NCBI GenBank assembly: GCA_964430945.1
Contig: CAYSHH010000003.1
Span: forward strand, 4,183-68,182
Length of the DNA stretch: 64,000 nucleotides
Direction: 5' to 3'
Source of the DNA: an uncultured Candidatus Saccharibacteria bacterium
Lineage (GTDB): Bacteria > Patescibacteriota > UBA1384 > JAMDBS01 > CAYSHH01
The notes below the pieces were generated by a model. The model ran no database searches and was not told where the DNA came from. It was given only the letters and a program-made list of their open reading frames with translations. Position numbers and translations under genes: made by a program. Shown here in pieces: positions 36,772 through 47,237 of the stretch. How positions within the stretch are numbered: the stretch's first letter is position 1; each line of letters opens with the position of its first letter.

Positions 36772-38259
36772 ATGGGCATTATATTATACGTGATTGTAGC
36801 TGCAGTTGGAGGTGTTGGAGTTGGTTTTGTAACTCGTAATGTACTTACGAAAAAAAGAATTAAAGATGCCGAAGCAAAACATAGGGATTTAATCTCGAAA
36901 GCAAAAGATGAAGCAATGAAAATTAAGGATGATGCGCGTAGAGAAGAAGAGAAAAAAAGACAATCGCTCGATGATCTTGAATCTCAATTGAGAAGAAAGG
37001 ATAACAATCTAGACAAAAGATTTGATGATTTGGAGTCTCAAAAAAAAGATCTTACTAAAAAAGCTGACGAAATCAATGTGATCAAAAAAGAAATTGAAGA
37101 AATCAAAAAATCACAAGGAGAGAAATTGCAGAAGATTGCCAAAATTAAACCAGAAGAAGCAAAAAAAATTCTACTAGATCAAATTGAAAAGGAATATAAA
37201 GATGATGTTATTGCAAAAATAAAATCAGAAAAACAGAGGCTAAAAGAAGAATCAGATAAAATTGCCAAAGAAATTATCTCTACAGTAGTTAGTCGTTTAG
37301 CCTCAGAGCAAACAGCAGAAAGTACAGTTTATTCAGTAACTCTACCATCCGACGAAATGAAGGGAAGAATTATTGGACGAGAGGGTAGAAATATTCAGAT
37401 ATTTGAAAAAATGACTGGTACAGACGTTCTTATCGATGATACGCCAGATACAGTAACCATTTCTTGTTTTGATCCGGTTAGAAGATACATTGCCAAGCTT
37501 GCACTAGAAAAACTTGTTGCTGATGGTCGTATACAACCCGCAAGAATTGAAGAAGTCATTGAAAAGGTTGGCAAAGATGTTTCTAAAGAGATTAAAGAAG
37601 CTGGAGAACAGGCGGCTTATGAAGTGGGAGTAGCCGGCCTACATCCAGATATTATTAAAATATTGGGAAGACTAAAATTTAGGACTTCTTATGGTCAAAA
37701 TGTATTAAGACACACTATCGAGGTAACACAATTAGCTGGTATGCTTGCTGAAGAAATAGGCGCAGACGTTCAAGTATGTAAGAAAGCAGGGCTTTTACAT
37801 GATCTAGGTAAAGCTGTCGATCACGAGGTTCCTGGGGCACATCACCATATCAGTATGGATATTGCGAAAAAATATGGTATGTCAAATGTTATTGTAAATG
37901 CAATAGGTGCTCACCACGATGATATCGAGCCGGAAACAGTAGAAGCAATACTTGTTCGAGCAGCAGACGCAATATCTGCATCACGGCCAGGTGCAAGAAA
38001 AGAATCATTAGAATCATACATCAAACGACTGACAGAACTAGAAAACCTTGCTAAAGATTTTGAAGGCGTAGAAAAAGCATATGCAATCCAAGCAGGTAGA
38101 GAAATTCGAATTATTGTCAAACCAAAAAATATTGACGACCTCGGTGCCATCAAGCTCTCAAAAGATGTTGCAAGACGCATTGAAAAAACACTTCAGTATC
38201 CAGGAACGATCAGGGTTAATGTTATAAGAGAAACACGAGCTACTGAATACGCTAAGTAA
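36772..38259 (+). CDS. rny: Ribonuclease Y
   Basis: N-terminal TM, a coiled-coil K/E-rich region, a KH domain (GRIIGREGRNIQIFEKMTGTDVLIDD) and an HD domain (LRHTIEV...GLLHDLGKAVDHE). The ATG at 36772 is preferred over the GTG at 36754. Confidence 0.9.
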   Translation: MGIILYVIVAAVGGVGVGFVTRNVLTKKRIKDAEAKHRDLISKAKDEAMKIKDDARREEEKKRQSLDDLESQLRRKDNNLDKRFDDLESQKKDLTKKADEINVIKKEIEEIKKSQGEKLQKIAKIKPEEAKKILLDQIEKEYKDDVIAKIKSEKQRLKEESDKIAKEIISTVVSRLASEQTAESTVYSVTLPSDEMKGRIIGREGRNIQIFEKMTGTDVLIDDTPDTVTISCFDPVRRYIAKLALEKLVADGRIQPARIEEVIEKVGKDVSKEIKEAGEQAAYEVGVAGLHPDIIKILGRLKFRTSYGQNVLRHTIEVTQLAGMLAEEIGADVQVCKKAGLLHDLGKAVDHEVPGAHHHISMDIAKKYGMSNVIVNAIGAHHDDIEPETVEAILVRAADAISASRPGARKESLESYIKRLTELENLAKDFEGVEKAYAIQAGREIRIIVKPKNIDDLGAIKLSKDVARRIEKTLQYPGTIRVNVIRETRATEYAK

Positions 38260-38389
38260 AGATAATTAAAACAGTTGTTAGTTATTAAAAATATTCGCCT
38301 GTAGGCGAATATTTTTAATAAAACTTATCTTGTCAGATCTTTTTATTAATAAATTTACTTTAATGTAACAGTATGCAAAATCAATTCTT

Positions 38390-38466
38390 TGGTACTCTCG
38401 AGGGGACTCGAACCTCTAATCTTTCCCTTAGGACGGGACTGCTTTATCCAATTAAGCTACGAGAGC
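38390..38466 (-). tRNA. tRNA-Arg (anticodon CCT, probable)
   Basis: Arg-type D arm gctctcgtagcttaattggataaagc, anticodon region gtCCTaa, ggttcgagtcc, CCA. The anticodon stem has one mismatch, so the isotype is less certain. Confidence 0.65.
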
Positions 38467-38578
38467 AAAATATTATCTAGTATTTTAGCAGTAACGTTAA
38501 ATTTTATATATCTAATGACAATACAAGATGTTATAATATATTATAATACTATTATATCTTCAATAAGGTGTAAATTCA

Positions 38579-39529
38579 ATGAAAAACCATAGGATTTTCC
38601 TGATTATAATATTAATTATTCTAATTCTCGCAATATTTTACATTTTTTTAATTATAAAAAATGTTAGTACTAATTCGACGACCGAAACTCAAACATCTTT
38701 AAAAATGACGAACCAGCCAGCGATAGACGAAAATATTGCATCTAGTGCACAAAGCAAAAATAGTAAAGAGCAAAACCAAAAAATTACAGAGCATATCAAT
38801 AATATTATCAATACTAATCAATATGGAAAATGTGGAGTTTATGTAAAAAACATAAAAACTGGTGAGGAAATTACTATCAATGAAAATGAGGAATTCTTTC
38901 CAGCAAGTATATATAAATTGCCGTTGGCAGTACTTATATTAAAAGACATCGACGATAAAAAGGTTTCATTTGATGATAATTATATTGTAAATTATTCTCA
39001 TATTGCCTACAGCTATGACGCCTTAGCGTCTAAAATTGGTAGTTCTGTTAGTGTCCGTTATTTACTCGAATCACTGATAAGAAATTCTGATAACACCGCC
39101 CAAAAATTATTGACAACCGAGATTATTGGAGGTTATGAAAATTTTAATAAAAGAATTATCGAAGATTTAAAGATTGATGGTTTTCAAGGAAATTTTGAAA
39201 ATTTATCAGTTACGCCACGTGAGGTAGGTACATTATTGGAAAATATCTATCATAAAAAATATCTTAGTGGTGTGAGTAATGAATATTTACTAGAATTGTT
39301 GTCTAGTACTTCGTCAAGTTTTGATGATCGAATAGTTATAGGAGTACCAGATGACACGCGGGTAGCACATAAGATAGGTCAATTAGATGATATCTATCAA
39401 GATGCTGGAATTGTTTATGGCGATGAAGATTATATTATCGTTTTAATGAATGAAAAAATAATGTCATACGATATGGCATCTAAAAAAATATCAGATATTT
39501 CCAATCTAATATGGAATTATTTTAATTAG
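38579..39529 (+). CDS. Serine beta-lactamase-like / penicillin-binding (class A-like) family protein
   Basis: Signal/TM anchor. SxxK motif FFPASIYKLPLAVL, a downstream SDN-like motif (RNSDNTAQKLL) and KIGQ resembling KTG. Confidence 0.65.
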   Translation: MKNHRIFLIIILIILILAIFYIFLIIKNVSTNSTTETQTSLKMTNQPAIDENIASSAQSKNSKEQNQKITEHINNIINTNQYGKCGVYVKNIKTGEEITINENEEFFPASIYKLPLAVLILKDIDDKKVSFDDNYIVNYSHIAYSYDALASKIGSSVSVRYLLESLIRNSDNTAQKLLTTEIIGGYENFNKRIIEDLKIDGFQGNFENLSVTPREVGTLLENIYHKKYLSGVSNEYLLELLSSTSSSFDDRIVIGVPDDTRVAHKIGQLDDIYQDAGIVYGDEDYIIVLMNEKIMSYDMASKKISDISNLIWNYFN

Positions 39530-39546
39530 TATTATATAGTTTAAAT

Positions 39547-40296
39547 ATGCAAAATATAAATAATAAAAATAAGCACAAAAGTATTATAAAGCATATACGT
39601 TTTACTTATATGTCTTTTGTTCTTTTGGTAATCGGAGTCGCAATAGGTATATTTGTTACTGCTCAGTGGCGCACTCAGCCATCTAGAGCATCTGATCCAG
39701 TAGTATCATATAGTTCTTTGATTCAGACAAAAAATAAGTTAAACGAAGAAAACCAGGCACTGAAAGCACAAATTAAAAATTTAAATTTGGAATCATCTGA
39801 TGCTCAAGATAATTTAAAAAAATATACAGACTTAAAATCTAAAGTTGAAAAAGTAGAACAATATGAGGACGAAGTTGGTCTTACTGAACAAAATGGGGAA
39901 GGAATAATCATTACACTGAATGATTCAATAAACCCAAAAGTTAGTTCTCAATCGATTACACACGCAGCTGACCTTAGAGACATAATTAATTTTTTGTGGG
40001 GCAGTGGAGCCAAGGCAATAGAAGTAAATAACGAACGTGTGGTGTTTAACACATCGATAGATTGCATTGTAAATACAATCTTAATAAATTCTACAAAGAC
40101 TACACCACCATTTTTAATCAAAGCGATAGGCAACTCAGACGAATTAAATTCTAAATTGGCATCCACAGATGTTCTTTCTGATATTAAAAAACGAGTTGTA
40201 ACCGAAGGATTAGTTTTTGAAGTTGAAAAAAAAGACAATGTGAATATAAAACCTTATAGTGGTAGTATGGAGCTTGATTATGCCGATATCAAATAG
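39547..40296 (+). CDS. DUF881 (YlxW/YlxX-like) family protein
   Basis: TM, coiled coil, then GEGIIITLNDS...AADLRDIINFLWGSGAKAIEVNNERVVFNTSIDC...PPFLIKAIGNSDEL. Confidence 0.7.
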   Translation: MQNINNKNKHKSIIKHIRFTYMSFVLLVIGVAIGIFVTAQWRTQPSRASDPVVSYSSLIQTKNKLNEENQALKAQIKNLNLESSDAQDNLKKYTDLKSKVEKVEQYEDEVGLTEQNGEGIIITLNDSINPKVSSQSITHAADLRDIINFLWGSGAKAIEVNNERVVFNTSIDCIVNTILINSTKTTPPFLIKAIGNSDELNSKLASTDVLSDIKKRVVTEGLVFEVEKKDNVNIKPYSGSMELDYADIK

Positions 40297-40882
40297 CAAA
40301 AAAACAATAATTGTTGTACTTGCAATCTCGGTATTATTGGGACTTATTGCATCTAGACAATTTTTATTGAGCGAAAAAATTAAAAAAGAAGTTAGTAGTG
40401 AATCGAATCAATCGCTTGCATTTGAAGTTGCTGAATTATTTAACTCAAACGAGCAACTCAAAAGTGATATCGAAAAATTGAGTAGCGAGCTTGATAAATT
40501 GGAAAAAACATATATTGATTCAAAACAAGCAAACGAAGCACTAGATTCTAAAATAGAAAAATATGAAACAATACTTGGAATTCAGGAGTTACAAGGTGGT
40601 GGCGTAAGGATAGAATTTGACAAGAAGGTTGCTTCTATTCAAATAGTCGATCTAATAAACGCACTAAAAAATATTGGTGTAAATGCAATATCAATCAACG
40701 GAAATAGAATTTTATTAAATAGTTCGATCGCAGAAAGTGTTTTTCCGCCACCGCTTACTATTGAGGCTATTGGTGATAAGAATTTATTATATAATTCCTT
40801 GACAAGATCAGGCGGTATAATTGACCAAATAGGATATGGACAAACAACGATCGTAGATGATATGATATTACCAAGTAAATAA
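40259..40882 (+). CDS. DUF881 family protein (tandem paralogue)
   Basis: Same layout: GGGVRIEFDKK...IVDLINALKNIGVNAISINGNRILLNSSI...PPPLTIEAIGDKNLL. Confidence 0.7.
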   Translation: MVVWSLIMPISNSKKTIIVVLAISVLLGLIASRQFLLSEKIKKEVSSESNQSLAFEVAELFNSNEQLKSDIEKLSSELDKLEKTYIDSKQANEALDSKIEKYETILGIQELQGGGVRIEFDKKVASIQIVDLINALKNIGVNAISINGNRILLNSSIAESVFPPPLTIEAIGDKNLLYNSLTRSGGIIDQIGYGQTTIVDDMILPSK

Positions 40883-40890
40883 AATTATAC

Positions 40891-41910
40891 ATGACAGATA
40901 ATAAAACAACAATAGAAATATCAACCTGGACAATTGCGAAATTTTTTCTATTTATTTTAGGATTATTTTTCTTGTATTATATAAGAAACGTCGTTGCTTT
41001 TATTTTTATTGTTGTGATACTAGTTGCTGGTTTCTCCCCAATAGTAAATTGGATGGTAAGAAATAAAATACCTAGAATAATATCGGTAGTAATATTGTAT
41101 ATCATGATATTGGCATTTTTTGCTTTTGTAGTTTACCTAATTATTCCACCAATTATTGAGCAAACAACAGTTTTATCAACAAATATAAATGCATATTCCG
41201 ACAGCATAAAATCGATAAAAATTAATATTTCAGACTTTTTGTTTCAGGGAAAAGATATCCTAAGTTTTATTGGACAATCCTTGTCGCAAGTAAGAGGTGG
41301 TGTATATAAATCATTTTTGGCTTTATTTGGATCTGCAGCGACAGCAATTACAGTGCTAGTGTTAACTTTTTATATATTAGTCCAAGAAGATAGTATAGAA
41401 AAATTTATCTTAGCAATGTTTCCGCAAAAACAAAAACGTCATGCACTCGCAATTTATAATAAAGTATCAATTAAGCTTGGTAATTGGTTGAGAGGTCAAG
41501 TAGTTTTAGCATTGATAATTGGTTTCACGTCATATATTATATTACGAATTTTAGGTATTCAATACTCATTATCGCTAGCGTTTTTAGCTGGTATTTTGGA
41601 AATTGTACCGATTATCGGTCCTATCATTGCAGGTTTGGTTGCAATTGGATTAGCGTATATTACTGGTGCAGCATGGTGGCAAATTATTTCGATAGCTATA
41701 TCATATGTAATTGTACAGCAACTTGAGGCACAATTTCTCGTACCAAAAGTAATGGGTAAAGCTGTTGGTCTTTCACCAATTATAGTCATAATCGCGTTAA
41801 TGATCGGGGCTCAGATAGGTGGTATTATTGGAGCAGTTTTGGCAATCCCAATTGCCGCTGGTGTTTTAGTGGTAATCAATGAATGGCCAAATTTGAAAAA
41901 GATAAAATAA
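40891..41910 (+). CDS. AI-2E family transporter (second copy)
   Basis: EIVPIIGPIIAGLVAIGLAY...QQLEAQFLVPKVMGKAVGLSPIIVIIALMIGAQIGGIIGAVLAIP. Confidence 0.8.
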   Translation: MTDNKTTIEISTWTIAKFFLFILGLFFLYYIRNVVAFIFIVVILVAGFSPIVNWMVRNKIPRIISVVILYIMILAFFAFVVYLIIPPIIEQTTVLSTNINAYSDSIKSIKINISDFLFQGKDILSFIGQSLSQVRGGVYKSFLALFGSAATAITVLVLTFYILVQEDSIEKFILAMFPQKQKRHALAIYNKVSIKLGNWLRGQVVLALIIGFTSYIILRILGIQYSLSLAFLAGILEIVPIIGPIIAGLVAIGLAYITGAAWWQIISIAISYVIVQQLEAQFLVPKVMGKAVGLSPIIVIIALMIGAQIGGIIGAVLAIPIAAGVLVVINEWPNLKKIK

Positions 41911-42051
41911 TCTTGACTAAAAACGCATAATAGGTTAAATTGTTAAAAATATGTTAAATAAAAGTTAAACCGGCAGTGTCTTGATTTTATTTTTAGGTCG
42001 GACAACCGGATAAACGCAAAACATTGATGTTTTTGTGTATTTGGAGGTTAG

Positions 42052-44019
42052 ATGAATCTAACGATTTACGCACCATTTCTTGGAATTTTTGGACTTATTG
42101 TTGCTTGGTTTCTGTTTATGTATGTAAAAAAACAGCCAACAGGCAATAAGCTAATGACTGAAATTTCTGAGACTATTCACAAAGGGGCAATGGTATTTAT
42201 CAAAAAAGAATATTCTATCCTTGCAATTTTCATTGTAGTTGTCTTTGGACTTCTATTCTGGAAGCTTGGGTCGGGTAGTGCAATAGCATTTCTAGTCGGA
42301 GCAATTTGTTCAATGCTTGCTGGGTATTTTGGTATGAACTCGGCAACGCGTGCAAATGTACGTACTACACAAGCAGCGAAAGATGGTGGAACGGCTAGAG
42401 CATTAAGTGTTTCTTTTTGGGGTGGAGCTGTTATGGGACTCTCAGTTGCTTCACTCGGTCTTTTAGGGTTAGGAATATTTTATTATTTTTATAGCGAAGT
42501 TGATGTCAGTGTACTTACTGGATTTGCGATGGGTGCCTCATCAATCGCACTATTCGCTCGTGTTGGTGGTGGAATATATACCAAATCAGCAGATGTTGGA
42601 GCTGATTTAGTTGGAAAAGTAGAAGCTGGTATACCAGAAGATGACCCAAGAAACCCAGCAGTTATTGCTGATAATGTTGGTGATAATGTTGGTGATACAG
42701 CTGGTATGGGCGCAGATCTTTTTGAATCATATGTCGGATCAGTGATCGCTACTGTCACTATCGGAGCAACTATGGCAGTAAGTCAAACAGCATATATGGC
42801 TTATCCATTGATAGTAATTAGTTTCGGTTTACTTGCGTCAATATTGGGAATTATGTCTATTAAAATTCTTGAAAAAATGAATCCACAATTAGCGCTTAGA
42901 TATGCAACATATATTAGTGCCGTTTTATTGTTAATTTGTTCATATTTTCTACTTGGATATTTGGGTTTACCAAAAGAAATATTCTGGGCAGTACTCGCTG
43001 GAGTAATCGGCGGTATTTCAATTGGACTTATTACAGAGCACTATACATCTGGAAAACCAGTTAAGATGATAGCTAAATCATCAGAAACTGGCGCGGCTAC
43101 AAATATTATAAGTGGTCTTGCAACTGGTATGTATAGTACTATTCTACCAATACTTATCATATCAGTAATCATTTGGATTGCTTATTATTTTGCCGGTCTT
43201 TACGGTATTGGCATTGCGGCTGTAGGTATGCTTTCTACGATCGGTGTAACAATGAGTGTAGACGCATATGGACCAATTGCAGACAATGCTGGTGGAATAG
43301 CCGAAATGGCAGGTCTGCCAAAAGAAGTAAGAAAAGTTACTGACAAATTAGATTCGCTTGGAAATACAACGGCAGCCATTGGCAAAGGATTCGCGATTGG
43401 TTCAGCAGCTCTCACTGCTCTTGCACTATTTTCAGCATATACAACAACAGTCGGTTTAGATGGCATTGATATCTCAAATGCAAAAGTAACAATCGGCATG
43501 TTTATTGGCGGTATGCTTCCATTTTACTTTGGAGCTGCTACTATGACTGCAGTTGGAAAAGCTGCGTTTGATATAGTAAAGGAAGTTAGAAGTCAATTTA
43601 AAAATATAAAAGGTCTTATGGAAGGTAAGGTCAAAGCTGATTCTGAAAAAGTCGTAGCTATATCTACCGCATCAGCTTTAAGAGAAATGATAATCCCAGG
43701 TATCGTTGCAATTGTTGTTCCAGTAATCATTGGTTTTGTACTTGGCGCTGAAGCACTCGGTGGATTTTTGGCTGGTGCCACAGTTGTTGGTGTACTTCTT
43801 GCTCTTATGATGTCAAATGCTGGTGGTGCTTGGGATAATGCTAAAAAATATATTGAAGAAGGTAATCTCGGTGGTAAGGGTTCGGATGCACACAAGGCCG
43901 CAGTTGTAGGTGACACGGTTGGGGACCCCTTTAAAGATACATCAGGTCCATCCATGAATATATTAATTAAGCTTATGACTATCGTCTCTTTAGTTATCGC
44001 CCCACTACTACTTATGTAA
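42052..44019 (+). CDS. hppA: Membrane-bound K+/Na+-type H+-translocating pyrophosphatase (V-PPase)
   Basis: Signature [37 protein letters not shown], and EGN...[24 protein letters not shown]. 655 aa, polytopic. Confidence 0.95.
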   Translation: MNLTIYAPFLGIFGLIVAWFLFMYVKKQPTGNKLMTEISETIHKGAMVFIKKEYSILAIFIVVVFGLLFWKLGSGSAIAFLVGAICSMLAGYFGMNSATRANVRTTQAAKDGGTARALSVSFWGGAVMGLSVASLGLLGLGIFYYFYSEVDVSVLTGFAMGASSIALFARVGGGIYTKSADVGADLVGKVEAGIPEDDPRNPAVIADNVGDNVGDTAGMGADLFESYVGSVIATVTIGATMAVSQTAYMAYPLIVISFGLLASILGIMSIKILEKMNPQLALRYATYISAVLLLICSYFLLGYLGLPKEIFWAVLAGVIGGISIGLITEHYTSGKPVKMIAKSSETGAATNIISGLATGMYSTILPILIISVIIWIAYYFAGLYGIGIAAVGMLSTIGVTMSVDAYGPIADNAGGIAEMAGLPKEVRKVTDKLDSLGNTTAAIGKGFAIGSAALTALALFSAYTTTVGLDGIDISNAKVTIGMFIGGMLPFYFGAATMTAVGKAAFDIVKEVRSQFKNIKGLMEGKVKADSEKVVAISTASALREMIIPGIVAIVVPVIIGFVLGAEALGGFLAGATVVGVLLALMMSNAGGAWDNAKKYIEEGNLGGKGSDAHKAAVVGDTVGDPFKDTSGPSMNILIKLMTIVSLVIAPLLLM

Positions 44020-44046
44020 TTAATCGTAAAAAGTATATATTAAAAA

Positions 44047-44072
44047 ATCACCCATTCTCTGGGTGATTTTTT
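44047..44072. terminator. Bidirectional rho-independent terminator
   Basis: atcaccca-ttctc-tgggtgat flanked by A and T tracts. Confidence 0.75.
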
Positions 44073-44088
44073 AAATTAACAATTTTTG

Positions 44089-44165
44089 TGGTGGACGACA
44101 TAGGACTTGAACCTATAACCCCTTGCATGTCATGCAAGTGCTCTAACCAATTGAGCTAGCCGTCC
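44089..44165 (-). tRNA. tRNA-Val (anticodon GAC)
   Basis: ggacggctagctcaattggttagagc, loop atGACat, ggttcaagtcc, CCA. Confidence 0.85.
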
Positions 44166-44303
44166 GGGATGCAAACCTTAATATATTAATAATCTGCTAT
44201 CTAATATTATTTATTTGTAACTTATGTGATTGAACTTTCCCAATATATCATAAAACTTATTGATTTTCAATGAAAAATATGTTAATATCCTCTCATCAAA
44301 AAT

Positions 44304-44597
44304 TTGAACGAGGTGAAAAAAATGTTTTTTAACATGGACATTGTAGCAATGTTGATTTGTCTTTTCGCAATATGTTATATATACTGCAAAAAGAAAAATG
44401 TTTCAAAAGTCATTGAAAAGAAATTTCAAGGCATGGGGATTGAGTTGACAATCAATTCACGTATGATTGTCGTCTTTGCGATATTTCTCATGCCCATTTT
44501 GTGGCTATCGATAAGATTTTATGCTAGCTGGCTTATCCTACTGATTGTGCTGGCATTTTATCTGTCATCTTTAATTAAACTTTCAAGCCTAGAGTAA
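44304..44597 (+). CDS. Small 3-TM membrane protein
   Basis: 97-aa hydrophobic ORF with RBS gaggtg. Confidence 0.45.
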   Translation: MNEVKKMFFNMDIVAMLICLFAICYIYCKKKNVSKVIEKKFQGMGIELTINSRMIVVFAIFLMPILWLSIRFYASWLILLIVLAFYLSSLIKLSSLE

Positions 44598-44653
44598 TGA
44601 ATTATTCTAGGCTTAATAATACACACAAGCCGAGTATATGTTGCTCGGCTTTT

Positions 44654-45652
44654 TTAGTAGTCACCAAATCCCGACTCAAGTCTTTCAACGGTACCATTTG
44701 AATCAATAGTTCTATAATATCCTGGGTCACCACCTTGAAGACCCGTGTCGGAATAATCGCTAGACGATACGCTATAAGTTTCGCCGGTAGACGATGAGTG
44801 AACTGTCTCTTGACCAAGTATGGCTCTTTCTGACCAACTGTCAGATAAGCTTGCCTTATCTGATGTGTCGGATACTGATGTTGATGTATCAAAACCATCA
44901 TCTGCGCTTGGTGTAATCTGTGCTGTGCATCTTATAGAAAGAGCTACCTCGGATGCTAATCCGCCTTGAGAATCCCACTTATCTGTAGTTGTGGCGCTCT
45001 GATAATAACTCAAAACATACCCAGAATCATCAATCGGATATTTTTTATATAAACCTATGCCCTTGATAGATCTTCCTTGATTGGTTGCACTAAATTCGCG
45101 CATGATAAATCCACCTTCAACTTCTTCACCAGAGTTAGTAAAAGTATATCCGTCGTTTCCAAGTGCTTGCATGATAGTTGTAATTGCTTGATCTGGTTCG
45201 CCGTAAAGATTAAACAATATTGGGGCAATAAACCAGCCAGCACCGACTGTTTGGTCTGAATTGTATATATCTACCCCACGGCCAGATTGATCTGATGAAA
45301 TAGTCCAATCCTGAGGAGCTAACGCACTACAATATCCAGATGATTTAGGAACTAATTTTTGACTACTGTCGTCAATTGTTATGCTCTCTACAGTTGTATT
45401 AGATGTCGGTGATAAACTTGTAGTGGTCTCAGGTTTTTGAATCGGAGTATTACTGCTGTATGATGCAACTTGTTTTTCGTCTGCAACATTAAAGTCAGTG
45501 TCGTTGGTACCGATCCAATAAAAAACACCAAGTGCAATAAAAATTATTACGACCGTTAAAATAACATATTTTATTTTTCTTTTTTTGGCCGGATCATTTT
45601 TGTCTTCCGGCCCGGAATTTTCATAAAAATCACCCAAGTTGTTTGAGTCCAT
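44654..45652 (-). CDS. Membrane-anchored S/T-rich extracellular protein
   Basis: N-terminal TM (YVILTVVIIFIALGVFYWI), a Thr/Ser-rich linker and a C-terminal globular part. Confidence 0.5.
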   Translation of the reverse strand: MDSNNLGDFYENSGPEDKNDPAKKRKIKYVILTVVIIFIALGVFYWIGTNDTDFNVADEKQVASYSSNTPIQKPETTTSLSPTSNTTVESITIDDSSQKLVPKSSGYCSALAPQDWTISSDQSGRGVDIYNSDQTVGAGWFIAPILFNLYGEPDQAITTIMQALGNDGYTFTNSGEEVEGGFIMREFSATNQGRSIKGIGLYKKYPIDDSGYVLSYYQSATTTDKWDSQGGLASEVALSIRCTAQITPSADDGFDTSTSVSDTSDKASLSDSWSERAILGQETVHSSSTGETYSVSSSDYSDTGLQGGDPGYYRTIDSNGTVERLESGFGDY

Positions 45653-45684
45653 TTTCCCTCCTTATTTATAAATTAAAAAATATT

Positions 45685-46359
45685 TTAATTAGAAAGTAAC
45701 TTATCAATCTGTGCAGATAGATTAGAAAACGACGGATTGCTTTGATATTCAGTTCCATTAATATAAAATGTTGGAGTTCCAGCAAGACCCAATTCATCTA
45801 GTAATGTCTTAGAATCATCAATTTTTTTCTTTATTTCATCCGATACTCGATCAGAGTTGAATTTGTCCATATCTAGTCCAATATTCTGAGCAGCAGCAAC
45901 GATACCGTTTTCGTCATATTCACTAGCTTCAAATAATGCATCATGCATCTCCCATCCCTTACCCTGTAAATTAGCAGCTTCAATGGCATATGCGGCCGGT
46001 AGAGCATCTGCATGGTAACTCAATGGATATGGAAGATAACCAAATTGAACCTTATCTTTATATGCCTCGACAGTTTTTGCTATCTCAGGGTGAACCGATC
46101 TGCATGCAGGACACTCTATATCAGAAGCTTCGATAATAGTAACTTTTGAATCGCTTGGTCCGACAGTGATAGCAAGCTTTACCAGTTCATTATTTACATC
46201 ATCATTAGATTTTATGGTTTCTGCTTGAGAGGTGCTAGCGTTTTTTACAGTTCCACTATCTGTACTGGTTGGTTGATTATTTGAACAATTAGCACCAGTA
46301 AAAATCATTAAGCAAAAAAGCAGAGTCGAAGTAATTAAAATAATATTATTTTTTTTCAT
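45685..46359 (-). CDS. DsbA-like thiol:disulfide oxidoreductase (thioredoxin fold), secreted
   Basis: Signal peptide and CPAC active site (IEASDIECPACRSV). Confidence 0.75.
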   Translation of the reverse strand: MKKNNIILITSTLLFCLMIFTGANCSNNQPTSTDSGTVKNASTSQAETIKSNDDVNNELVKLAITVGPSDSKVTIIEASDIECPACRSVHPEIAKTVEAYKDKVQFGYLPYPLSYHADALPAAYAIEAANLQGKGWEMHDALFEASEYDENGIVAAAQNIGLDMDKFNSDRVSDEIKKKIDDSKTLLDELGLAGTPTFYINGTEYQSNPSFSNLSAQIDKLLSN

Positions 46360-46496
46360 AAATTCCTTTGTATTATTTTTTTATAAATTTTAAAAAAATT
46401 AATTTATATGTAATTTTATTAAACCAAATTCTGTCAGTAATTCAAGGTCCATAATGACAAAAGTAATTATTTAATTAACATTCATATATTTAATAA

Positions 46497-46525
46497 TTGA
46501 AAAAACCATTAATTTATGTTATAAT
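46497..46525 (+). promoter_or_regulatory. Sigma-70-like promoter of tmRNA
   Basis: TTGAAA -35 box, 17-nt spacer, TATAAT -10 box, ending 10 nt before the tmRNA 5' GGGGCC. Confidence 0.6.
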
Positions 46526-46535
46526 TGCACGTGTT

Positions 46536-46888
46536 TGGGGCCATATTGGTTTCGACAGAACATTAATAACTATTGTGTCATGCCGAGTGGGATTGAGCAC
46601 TTGTAATAAAATCAATCAAACTTTAAGTGCAAAAAACTTTGTAAACAAAGTAAAGACTGCTTTTGCAGGATTTAACTTTGCACCAGCTTTAGCCTAATAA
46701 CGCTTTAGCCGTCCTTGTACACAGCGGCCCGACCGTGTACTATGGGCGCCAAATTTCGGGCTGGATGCTCTAAAGATAGATTTGGTATAGAGTATCAAGA
46801 GATAACGAAATCATGTTTCTAAGCATGTATAAAAGCACGATAGTTCATTGTGTTTTGGACAGGAGTTCGACTCTCCTTGGCTCCACCA
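46536..46888 (+). ncRNA. ssrA: tmRNA (SsrA)
   Basis: 5' ggggccatattggtttcgacag... tRNA-like start. 3' end ggacaggagttcgactctccttggctccacca carries the T-arm and CCA. The internal tag frame gca aaa aac ... gct tta gcc taa taa encodes AKNFVNKVKTAFAGFNFAPALA plus a double stop. Confidence 0.9.
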
Positions 46889-46892
46889 AAAA
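46874..46892 (+). repeat. attL-like: 19-bp tmRNA 3' end (tccttggctccaccaaaaa), repeated at 49991..50009
   Basis: Perfect 19-bp direct repeat seen in the sequence. Confidence 0.8.
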
Positions 46893-46920
46893 AATTCTGA
46901 TGTATTTTCAGAATTTTTTT
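46892..46920 (+). terminator. tmRNA terminator
   Basis: aaattctga-tgtattt-tcagaattt followed by ttttt. Confidence 0.75.
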
Positions 46921-47237
46921 GTTGCAATTAAATATGTTAATTAAATTTAAAATAATTTCATTTAAAAAAGATTGTTTGCTAAAACTTACTTCTATCATTA
47001 AATTCTAACGTCCACTATTGTTTCTTTTTTTAATAAAGTCACATGAAAAATCAACAAACTCGACAAGGTCTTTGTTAAGTTTGTTTTGTTATATTATTAT
47101 CCACTCCTTTAATAAACATATTGAATCTAATATGTTATTGTGTTGAATTTTTAACTAGATATAGCAAGTATTGAAACAAAATTATTTTTATGCTAAGCTT
47201 GTGCTGATTATTTGTATATTAACAGGAGGCAGAATAA

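Noticed and set aside
42489-43955. Three minus-strand ORFs (42489..42758, 43200..43499, 43593..43955)
   Set aside because: They are antisense to the well-supported H+-pyrophosphatase gene, Ala/Pro/Ser-rich as expected from reverse frames of a GC-richer membrane-protein gene, and have no RBS.
44602-44901. 99-aa minus-strand ORF
   Set aside because: It is nested out-of-frame inside the longer minus-strand 44654..45652 gene, so it is a spurious alternative frame.
46497-46697. 66-aa plus-strand ORF in the track
   Set aside because: It covers the tmRNA promoter and body. Only its 3' portion coincides with the tmRNA tag reading frame, and it is not a protein gene.
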